The notes below the pieces were generated by a model that had not been told where the DNA came from, made no database searches, and was given only the letters and a program-made list of their open reading frames with translations. A stretch of DNA of 64,000 nt, from NCBI GenBank assembly GCA_013265495.1, contig MU058844.1, positions 13,104,184-13,168,183 of the forward strand, read 5' to 3'. Positions 41,586 to 52,000 of the stretch are shown one piece after another. A program made the position numbers and the translations under genes. Each line of letters starts with the position of its first letter. Position 1 is the first letter of the stretch. Origin of the DNA: Vicugna vicugna (lineage: Eukaryota).

Positions 41586-41605
41586 TTCCTGAGAGTGGAG
41601 ATCTG
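41586..41605 (+). CDS. NAP1L1: NAP1L1 exon 11, 20-nt microexon (V)PESGDL
   Basis: ttttgcag| ... |gtaagc; needed to keep the frame (phase 1 to phase 0). Confidence 0.93.
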
Positions 41606-42812
41606 GTAAGCTGAATTGTTACTTGTTGATTTGTTGATATGAAATTAAAGGGCTGTCCTTTAAATGTAGGCAGCGGGATTGTTGGTACTAGCATTGTGTT
41701 CTGAGGCTTGCAAAGCACGGAGGAAGACCTTTACTCATCTGAAAAATTATTCCATTTAAAATACACATAGTGCTTCTGCTGAGGAATGCTGAAAGGCTAA
41801 CATTTTCTTGAGTTGCAGATACTTCTGTGAGGGATTCAAGTTTTTAAGACTATAATTTTCTTCCTTACTGAAACTAGAATGTATTAAGTCATTACTAAAC
41901 TCTAACCACATTTCGGTTAAAACTCTTTCTGTATTTATATTGCAGTGGAAATGTGGTTTTATGTATGTGGTCTTACAGCCGGAAACTATGAGATGTGCCT
42001 GGCATACAGCCTGAAATGAGGAGCAGCCTTAAAGAACTCTTTACCGGCAGGGTCAGCTAGATATGCTCTGAATTTGGTTTAAGTCTGTTACCAAATAGTG
42101 ATGGTAATAAAACAATCTTGAGTAGTTATGGATAGAATGTCTCTGCCTGTGATTAGAATTCTTTCCTTCAAAATCTGCCCCTTTTTTGTGTTTTGTTGCT
42201 ATGAGTGGATTATGTTGGTGAATCAAAATAAATATCCATAAATTCACAGAATATTTACTCATTGTTTAGTATCATAGAACTTAAATGGGATCATTTTAAT
42301 TTTGAATAATGTCAGCAGCATTTCTGTGCTGTACTTTGCATTAAGTAGAAATCCTAGTTGACTTAGTCTTTATCAAGTAGGACTTTGTCTCATTTGGCAT
42401 CACACGGCTGCTTGGATATTGTCTTCTAGGAAGTTTGAAGTGATCCTCTGTGGTCTTTTATTCTACTTGGTATTTTCAGTAATTAATATTTTAAAAGAAA
42501 AACTGCAGTTGTATGGCAAAATTGCTTTTGTACTTTTTTTTAAAAAAGAACTAAGCAATAACCAGTTCTAATTTTTTATTTTGCAAATTTCTCTGAGTAT
42601 GTACAATAGCCTACTAACTTTTTTTTTTTAAAACCTATGAACGTGGAGCCTATGTAGGTGGCTACTTGATCACGTCTATGTAGGCTAATTATAAAATGTT
42701 GGAAAGTTAAAAGTGAAGTGGGAAGTTTCTTCCTAAATGATTTAAACCTAGCAGTCCCACATACGCCGAGTTAAGAAACAGTGTTACTAAATTGTTTGCA
42801 TTTCTTTAACAG

Positions 42813-42935
42813 GATGACGATGCTGAAGCTATTCTTGCCGCAGACTTTGAAATCGGTCACTTTTTACGTGAGCGCATAATTCCAAGATCAGTGTTGTACT
42901 TCACTGGAGAAGCCATCGAAGATGATGATGATGAT
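42813..42935 (+). CDS. NAP1L1: NAP1L1 exon 12, DDDAEAILAADFEIGHFLRERIIPRSVLYFTGEAIEDDDDD
   Basis: ttaacag| ... |gtgagt, 123 nt. Confidence 0.97.
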
Positions 42936-43652
42936 GTGAGTCAATCTGAATCCTGCAGTGACGTCATTTGGTGAGGGCGTGATAGGCAGGATTGGTGAGA
43001 GGTTTAATGAATAGATGTAATTTTTTTAAAAGCAAGACGGACTAATTCAAAATTAGGTTTTCCAGGATCCTTGGGTCCATTTATTGTAGTTGTTACTTTC
43101 CTGCGATTAGGAAGACTACTCTGAAATAGGAAAACTTAACTATGTTGGGTTAGTGTTGTAGCTCTGTTACGTATCTTTGACCAAACAAAACATAACCTAG
43201 GACGTTCTTTAAGGGGCTGATAAAAGTCTTTATTAGGAATAGTGGAATTTTTATCCATGATAATATTAAGTAACTATTAAGGCAAAATTAGGCTGTTTTG
43301 GACATCTTTATTGCTAAATGATAATCATTCAGGTAGGTTTTAGGTTTTTTGTGTGTGGTGAGTTCCATAAGATACAGGCAAGTGTATGGTCATAGTTTAT
43401 CTGATCATACTTTATCTGTGATTATACTGTGTTATTTATTTCAATTTTTTAAGTTGTCAGGTTTAGATAATGGCATTGAGCTGGGTGATTTGTGCAGCTA
43501 TTACCCTTGTTTTAATCTATAACCAGTCACCTTTGGGGAAAATACTTTTTCTTTTCTTAGATATTAGTGGATGCAGTGGTAGATACTGACAAATGCTATT
43601 CTCAAACGATTGTAGGCTTCATTCAAACATCATCCTTTTTTCCCTTTTTTAG

Positions 43653-43682
43653 TATGATGAAGAAGGTGAAGAAGCGGATGAG
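43653..43682 (+). CDS. NAP1L1: NAP1L1 exon 13, YDEEGEEADE
   Basis: tttttag| ... |gtaatg, 30 nt. Confidence 0.95.
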
Positions 43683-43918
43683 GTAATGTTTACCAAATGA
43701 GCAAATAATTCTCTGTTTAACAGATTGAGAAGCAAATTGAGTGACTTATGTATTCCTTTGCTATATAATCATTATTCTGTGATCTGGGATAAAAACATTT
43801 TTGGAAAAAATATGATTTTAGAATTCTACAGCCAAACAATGTATGTATGAGGTTTCAATAAATAAATTGCAAAACTCAGAACATTTTTTTTATTTCGAAT
43901 AATTCTGTTCTGCTGCAG

Positions 43919-43981
43919 GGTTATCAGCTCTTTGAAGAAGTCAAAAGCTGCAGTAAACTTTTTCAACATTGGCTGCAGTAA
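43919..43981 (+). CDS. NAP1L1: NAP1L1 alternative terminal exon, GYQLFEEVKSCSKLFQHWLQ*
   Basis: Acceptor ttctgttctgctgcag|, in frame with exon 13, TAA 43979-43981, AATAAA 43990-43995. Confidence 0.72.
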   Translation, partial: GYQLFEEVKSCSKLFQHWLQ

Positions 43982-44194
43982 ATCTTTTCAATAAAACCTG
44001 TCTGGATGTCTCACGTTGTGTTGGGAAATTTTTTATATTAGAAGCTTTCAAATTAAATTGCATTGTCACCAAACTCTGTAATCATGAAAATCTGTTGTCC
44101 TATAGAGTAATTTGTATTAAATTCTCCCTACATTATGAGCCATTTCTTCCTACTGTGTACCTACTTCATGGATGCATTTTGAACTTTAATATAG

Positions 44195-44245
44195 GAAGGG
44201 GAAGAAGAAGGAGATGAGGAAAATGATCCAGACTATGACCCAAAG
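44195..44245 (+). CDS. NAP1L1: NAP1L1 exon 14, EGEEEGDEENDPDYDPK
   Basis: atatag| ... |gtgagc, 51 nt. Confidence 0.96.
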
Positions 44246-45166
44246 GTGAGCAAAATTAGTGCTGCTTTCTGTTAAATTTAAGGCAGGTTAAATATGAGTT
44301 AATGTTTCTGAATATAAAGTGTATTTTTGTCCATTAAAGTCCTTAAAAGCCCACTGACTGGAGATATATATATGTATCTCCTCACTGGCATTTTACTAGT
44401 ACATGTAATTTCAATGCATCTTTCCTAAGAAACTTTTATTTTAGTGTTCTTAGGGTTGTTGGATTTTTTTCTGCAAAGGAAAGCTTATAAACAAAGGTCA
44501 GTTTATAAATCATTTGAATGCAGGAGTGCTCAGAAATAGGGAAATGATGCTGTTTGTCAGATTCTCCCAACCACCTGTTTTCTCCCGGGCTCTTATTCCT
44601 GGGAATTCATCATATCAGGGTTAGTAAAGGCCATTATCTCCCACAGAATGTGTAGTATGTTACCAAGATTCATTTGAAACGTCTGGTTTCTCTTCAGTAT
44701 ATTCATTCATTTGCTAATTGCTGTAATGTATCCAGAAGATATTTTAACCTAGTGAGCAGGTAAGAGAGGGTAGTTAAAAATCCAATATTCTAACAGGTAT
44801 GAATTAGTCTTAACAGCTAAATATGAATGGAATTAGCATTTTTGAATAACATCTATTAAAAACACAAAAATAACTGGTAATCCGACTAACATAAATTGCT
44901 GCGCTATTTTATTTTTTAAGATTATGGCTTACTGTGTTTCATTTATAGAGTTCATTCTACAGTATAAAGTTGGGGCTTTATTTTAGCATTTTTGTGACTT
45001 GGTAATATTTGAATAAATTGCCATCTTGCTATACCATTTCTCTAATTTGGCAAACATTTTGAGAGAACGGTAAGATAATGTGATAATTTAAAATAGTTAA
45101 TTACTATTGAGAACTTAATTGAATAGGTAGAAAAAGTTAGATTGACTTGTTGTTTTCCTTTAACAG

Positions 45167-45202
45167 AAGGATCAAAACCCAGCAGAGTGCAAGCAGCAGT
45201 GA
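45167..45202 (+). CDS. NAP1L1: NAP1L1 exon 15 coding part, KDQNPAECKQQ* (CaaX box)
   Basis: ttaacag|AAG GAT ... TGA 45200-45202. Confidence 0.96.
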   Translation, partial: KDQNPAECKQQ

Positions 45203-45238
45203 AGCAGGATGTATGTGGCCTTGAGGATAACCTGCACT

Positions 45239-45905
45239 GTAATAGCCTAAACACAACTATTATTTACTTACAGCCTTATGTTTTTGTATTTTCTTGGTAG
45301 ACTCAGATTTTTTTTAAGGGAAGGGAACGAATATTTTAAAGACCAATTTGTTCTACTTAGCATTTTAACTAGTTTTTCTGCCAGATATATTGAATGCACA
45401 AATTCTCACGCATGTTTGTTCATCACTACATAGTTTGGTTCTTCTCGGAGTATTTTTATCCTGTAGCTATTAAATTCCAGCTATGAAAATGAACAGAACT
45501 GTGAAATGAAACTGAGTTTTTGTTTTGCTAAATTTTTCTCTGAAGAACCAAAGTATTTTTTCAGCTGGTAGTTGAATGGGTTTAAGTTGGCTTGCACTAG
45601 CTGTGCCTTTCATTATAATACGGTGACTTATACCAAGACAATTCATCATTTAAAAAACAGAACTTGTCAAGACAAGTATATGGTTAAGAATTTCCAGTAA
45701 GACCATACCTGATAACTTAGATTGTTACTGGATTTTTGTATTGTAGGTGACATAGTTACTATAAAGAAACCTTATCAACTCATAGGTGGTTATTGTTTAC
45801 CACAGGGAGGTGAATAAAACCTAGTATTTTCAGATATTAAGCCTCATTATTTTAACTGTAGTTCAAAATTTAACCTCCATTAACAGCATCTTTTCTTTGT
45901 GGTAG
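45239..45905 (+). other. NAP1L1: Putative optional intron in the NAP1L1 3' UTR
   Basis: Donor CACT|GTAATA; acceptor catcttttctttgtggtag|GGTCTACC; the spliced junction matches my recollection of NAP1L1 cDNAs. Confidence 0.68.
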
Positions 45906-46013
45906 GGTCTACCTTCTGCTTCCGTGGAAAGGATGAATTTACATCATTTGACAAGCCTATTTCAAGTTTTTTTGTTGTTTGTTTGTTTGCTTGTTTTTGT
46001 TTTTGCAGCCTAA

Positions 46014-46019
46014 AATAAA
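46014..46019 (+). terminator. NAP1L1: NAP1L1 polyadenylation signal AATAAA (further AATAAA at 46894, 47388, 47494, 48341)
   Basis: Canonical hexamer after a U-rich tract, 108 nt into the terminal UTR exon. Confidence 0.65.
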
Positions 46020-49000
46020 AATGTCAAATATAATTTTAGTTCTCACAAGAAAATGTCTTAATTTTGTACTAATGCAGGTAGAAGCAGAGGCCTAGCTTTG
46101 AAGTAAGTGATGTACCTCGTTTACCTTTTAATTGAAGGAAAAGGGTGTCAGCTTTTGGAAGAGGTACTTCATCTACTAATAAGAACGTGTGAAAAAAAGG
46201 CAATTCATAAATGATTTAATGTTTTTAATAGAAAGATTAAAGGATTAAATTTCATTTCTTTTGGTTAGAACTAGGGAGAAGGTTCAGAGCCGCTCCAGTT
46301 AATTCCAGTTCTTATCGCGTAGAGTCTGAGCATGTCATTTACCCACGCCTTTCGTTTTACTGTATATTAAAATGGGTAGTACTGTTACTTAACTACCTCA
46401 CAAATGTGTTAAGGCATATTAAGTTAAATTTTATGAAATGTTTCTTAGTCTCATTAAAAGCTCAAAAATTTGGACCTGTTTGTACCACAAGTATAGGATA
46501 TTCGTCATTTTATTTATACCGAGTTTTGGTAATTAAACTGGAAAACAAAGGCTAAGTACCTTTATTCTGGATCTGATCAGGCAACCCTTGCAGATCTTTG
46601 TGTGGCTCCTGTTTCAGTAGAAGTGCATGGGTGAGCAACTGTTTCAGTGAGATTTTTTTTCAGCCATTTTAATTATGACCACATTGTAGTATACTGTAGA
46701 CATCATGGGTCTAAAGTAGTATAAGACCATTTTTAGAGGGAAAAATACCATTAAGTTAGAGACTGCAGGGCCACATTTAAAATACCTCAGGCTAATTACT
46801 GTTACTTTTGGGGATGAACTTAGAAGAAGCTTTTAACAGTGAGGGTGGACTAATTGGATTGTAATTACAGGGAGACCTAGAGTTCCTGCTCTTAATAAAA
46901 ATACATTGGGTTCAATTTTTAATGGTGATAGAGCTTCTGTTTTAAAAATTTAGTATCAGGGTCTCAGAATATAAACACATTTTGTTATTTGTGTAGTATT
47001 GTCCATTCTGTCCATTCCTTTTCTGAGATTTTAATTAACTACTGGAAATCCTTAACCAGTTGCAATAGTTTGTAGGGAACAAATGCCATGAAAACACTTT
47101 ATGGTTTTTCCCTTTTATTTTCGTAATGATTTTGGTTGTTTGGATAAGTCATTCTGTGCTGATTTTTTTTTTTCTTATACCTACCTATAGCTCATCTGAA
47201 CACAGCTTTTTCTGAACTTAAAAAATTTTAAAGATAGAATCCCATTTTTAATGAACTTAAAGAAGTAGCAAAATCACTACTTTTTTTTCATTCCTTTAGA
47301 AAATAGCTATTGCCAAAGTGAAGAGGTAGATACTGTTTCGTCTTGTTACATAAGGTGGGATGTGGCTTGCAGCGGAATTGTTTTCTTAATAAAGTTGGAG
47401 TTTCAAGGGATATCAGTGTTCACTTATGCCATCTCTCCAGTTCCAAAGTGGTTCTCCATTCTAGAAATTGGAAATATGTAATTTGAAATCCTTAATAAAA
47501 TTTGCATTTAATTTTATAAAATGTACTGGTGATATTTTGGGTGTTATTTTAAAAAGAATATGAGTTTATACTTTTTTTTGGAAGAGTGGAGAGTAGAGAT
47601 GTTTTGAGTAGGTTATTCTGTGCTTAGGCCACGATGGCCTATAAATTTGTGTAATTTTAAGAGCAGCTTTCCAAGCCCTGCTTAAATGGAGTTTCTTACT
47701 GGAAGACTAGAAAGGAAGGAATTCCAGTTTTACAGATTATCCTGAGTTAACTACAAGTGTTTTAGAGACTCTTCGGTTTGTCTTTATGTTTTCAGTTTGT
47801 AGTTTTCTCTAGTCTAGGGAGTGACTGACCAAGTTCTTTTTTTTCTCTGGAAAGGGTAAAATCCCATGTGATCACCTATAAAGTAGAATTTTTTCTACCT
47901 TTTTATGGTAGAAATATGGTAATAAGTAAGCAGGTAACAGCAGTTTGTAAATTGATTGGGTTTAGTTTACCACGGATCTCTGAAAGTTACTTTATCTAGT
48001 TCACTGAAGCAGTATTAGTATTTATGTGATATAAAAATGTCTTGATTGTGTGGAATTGGCTTACAGAACAGTACTTAAGAAAAAAATGGGATTCTACCTC
48101 TGTTTCCTTTTAAACTCATTTAATAACAACGCATAAACCTTAAAAGGAGACATTAGCTTTGACAAAAATATTTAATTATTCTGTGAACCGGTTAATTCTG
48201 TGAAAGGTTAATGGTATTAACTGGTGTATGACAAAGCCCTTAAGATAACTGATTTAACCGTTTATAATACTGCTGCTTGTAAGACAGTATGAATTTGTGG
48301 GTTATCTGAGTTGTAGGCCATTCCCATTATTGCAAATATAAATAAAACTTTGAATTATTTGTGAAAACCTCATCATACCATGCAGAAATATCAAACTATT
48401 TAATATTCAAATATTCTTTGAATGCTTGGTTTTAGGGCTTGATTTAGAATGAGTCCATTTTTATGGGTTAGTCTTATAAAAATTTTAGCCTTTATATTTT
48501 TCACTGTTTAAATCAAGTTGAATGTTATTTTAAATGTACAGAATTAATGGGTAGTTCAGAAGAAGCATATGTTCTTTATAGGAACCTTAGAAAGGAGAAA
48601 TCATATGCTAATGTAGTTTTTAATCTTCTGCACTGTATATATACTTGGTAATTGTTAACTGGATTTTATTTTGAAAATATGTGTTTAAATCTAGGTAATT
48701 TGCTACTTAAAGCACTAAGTCTAATAGCTGAAAAATAAATGTAAATGATACTAGTGAAATTAACTGAGATTAACTTATAGATATATAGTGATGATTTTGT
48801 ATACTGGCTTAAAAATCCAGATATTAAAAAGTATAACTTCAATAAAAAGCCAAGTTCTTGGACTGATTAAGGATCATTTAACTGACTTCAGAGAAATGGC
48901 AATGTTTTTGTTGGAGTGTGGAATTACTTTATTAAGGATAAATGTTTATCCATGAGAAGACTTAATTGATGTATTCAGTTAATATTTTCAAAAAGTACAA

Positions 49001-52000
49001 TATACTCTGTATCTTGTGTTTCTTCTTTTGACATACTGTACTTTTAGGTTTTTCAGTTTAAAAAAGTCATGGTATCAATTTTCTGAAGTATAAAGTAAAT
49101 GAGAAATGCAGCATCACAATTTAGTTATAATAAATTGCTAGCAGGAAATAAGTTAATCCAATTGTTTAATTTTCATATTAGAAATTGAGAGTTTGTAGCT
49201 TTTGTGGATGGCTGAATTATTTTGAGTTTTACTTTGAAACTCAGGATAAAATGTTACTTAAAAGCAGTACTTTTTAGTTCTCCATATATTTAAACTTAAA
49301 AGACAAGAAGCAACTGGGGATAAGTGATGATAAATGCAAGTGCCAGAAGTTGACAGATCTCATATCAAGAGTTAATGGTGTCAGTATTCATAATTTTTTT
49401 CATTTACAATGAAGTTAGGCAGTTGTGGCTCTGATAGACTCTCATGGAGTGGTAAAAGTTTTGGCCAGAATAGTCATAACGTGTATGGGAGCCGTAGGCC
49501 GGGAATTTCAAGGAAGAGTAGGAATTTTTGTAGAGAGGGATGGAGCCTCTGAGCAGAGAGCAGTTCAGGTAAAGGTAGGGTACTAGAGGAAACACCCCTC
49601 AAAGTTCCTAAAGTAGGACAATCCAGGGCACATTCAAGGCAGTGGAAGAACAGGAGACACAAGGGGCCAAGCCACGGAGGCTTAGCTATAGAGGTCCTAT
49701 CAAAGGGGTTAAAGCACTGAAAAACAGCTGTGTAGAGTATTTCAAGTGACGATGGCCTTTCTATGAAGATAATTTTAAAGAAAGACATGATAGACCAAAG
49801 CCAGCCATTTGTAGGTAAAACATTTGGGGCTGGTTACAGGCTAGGTCTAAAGTAGGGTAGCCTGTAAAAGTAAGCGGTGAATTAAAAAAAAAAAAAGGAT
49901 TCTTTATGTTACCTTTAATGAAACCTCTTAAAGTCATATTTCAGGGCTTTTTTTTTGGAGAGGCAAGGGTCTTTAATCAATACTGCAACTTTAAATAACT
50001 CTAAAAATAGTTTAAAAAGGAATAGCTGTATATTCACTTAAATTACCATTTGATTTTGCTACGTAATTCTATGCTCACGCATATGTTCTTTTTCTAAACT
50101 AATTGACAGAATTGAAGACGTGCCTTTTTACCCTCTAAATGCTGTGTTTTCTCAACGTGAAGACATTTCTTACAGAATGACAGTACACTTAATCAAAATC
50201 AGGAAATTTTTCTATTCAGTCAGTTCATTCTGATCCTTAAATCATCACAGAATTGATCAATGGTATCCTTTCAAAGCTGGCTTCTATGTGCTTTTGATGT
50301 GTCCTGCATCATTTGAACACTTGCATACGTTACGAATCAAAAGGTTTTCTGGGCTCATCTTAGGCTTTTTTGTCCCATTCCTGAAACTGGCTATTTTCTC
50401 CAAGCGTCCCTGGTCTCCTTTAATGGGGGTGGTCCTTAGAAGCCAAGTCTAGGTTCCTGGGATGTTCTTGTTTCTAGGACTTTCCAGGTGACAGATTTAG
50501 GAAATGAATTCAAAACTGAATACACGTTGAATGCTTCAAATTTAATCCAGCATAAGAGGGTTTTTTGCCAGCCTCACCCCAGTCCATGTTTGTAACTATC
50601 TTCAGACAGGTGGGATTAGTAGTAGCTGATCCAAATGGGACTTGTAGGTGAGGTTGCTCTATAGGAATAAGAAACCATGATTAAAAGTGGAAAATATTTT
50701 AGACTAAAAACCTTGTAGCCCTAAGTAAGATGACCTTACCTATCACTTTTAATGAATATGGGAATAAAGTAGTTGATAATGGTTAAACGTAAGCTTTGGA
50801 GTTCATCTACCACTTGTTCATTCAGTCTCATGTTTTTGATGGCTTGTGATAAATGTGAACACTAATGAAGAGGACACTAGTAGTTCCTGGAATAGTTAGA
50901 GCGTACTTAGAACCTGATACATGATGAGCGTTCAGTGTATGTGCTTCCTAAACATAAGAAAACCTAGCGTTTGTGGTTGGACTCAACCTTTTAAATTGAC
51001 TTTGGCAGTTAATTTCAGAATTAGTTGGGGCTTTTCATTGTGTTTTTGTTGTTGGTTTAAGAGGCAAAATGGCTTGTGGCTAGGAGATGCTCCCAGGTTG
51101 GTGGACAAAAGACCCCTGAGAGTAAGACCTGATAATGAATATAGACTGTGCCCCCATTTTGAAGGATTCTGATCTTTATTGTAAAAGGGTAAGAAAAGTA
51201 GAAGAAAATATTTATTGACCTTACCTAAAGTCAGTTTAAAAAAAATCTTACTCATTAAACAAACAAACAAACCCCAAAACGCTGGTTTCTTTTGCTAAAT
51301 CCAGAAACCATCCAGGGTAAAACAGTGAGGTTTGACTGTATTTGGTTATCTCAGTTGTCATTACTCAGCCTATCCCTCTCCATCCCTAAACATATATTTA
51401 CCCATTTCCATGGACTCTGGGTGGACAATGGGCCATGTATCAGTATTGAGATGAGAAGTGATTTTAGACTTGAATTAGGCCAATTTCAACAAGAGGCTAG
51501 TTGTCTTTGCTTTTCAGTTGGCTTGGTGGGTGGACCCGCAGAGCAGCTTGGACATCAACACCCTAGCCTGTCTAACCTGGTTTATACTGTTTCAGCTCTG
51601 CTTGGCTACCTTTTCTTTCACTTCCTTCCTGTCGGGATCTTTTGTGCACTTACTAGTTCAACATAGAATCTTTTTCATTGAGTTAACGCTTGCTTTTTTG
51701 GTTCTTCAGTTCTGAACTGGTTTTGCCGGTTCAGGAAGTATTCCAGGAGTGCGTGTCCACTATTGGATTTCTTAATTTCCAGTGCTCAGCCAGGAAGATT
51801 GTAGGTGTACAGCAAGTTTTTGTACAACAAATGTGTAGATCAATTAGGGTTTATCTGGACTCCTTCCAGTTTATGACCTATCTCTACTGGCTACAGAGTC
51901 AACCCACCCAGATTTAATGGAAGAGGGCTCTATATATCTTGCCAAAGGAATGATAAGATTTGGGGTAAGTGAGGAACTATTGTTGGAAAAGGACAGTTGG

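Larger units (their letters stand above)
16904..46040 (+). other. NAP1L1: NAP1L1 gene span: non-coding exon 1, 14 coding exons and a terminal UTR exon; the 3' end may extend further by alternative polyadenylation
   Basis: Manual GT-AG splicing of the 14 coding exons gives 1176 nt = 391 aa + TGA (MADIDNKEQSELD...KDQNPAECKQQ), recognised as nucleosome assembly protein 1-like 1. Confidence 0.97.

Noticed and set aside
26712..45166. Intronic snoRNA, expected because TOP genes often host them
   Set aside because: I found no convincing C/D or H/ACA arrangement by eye; an Rfam/Infernal scan would be needed to exclude one
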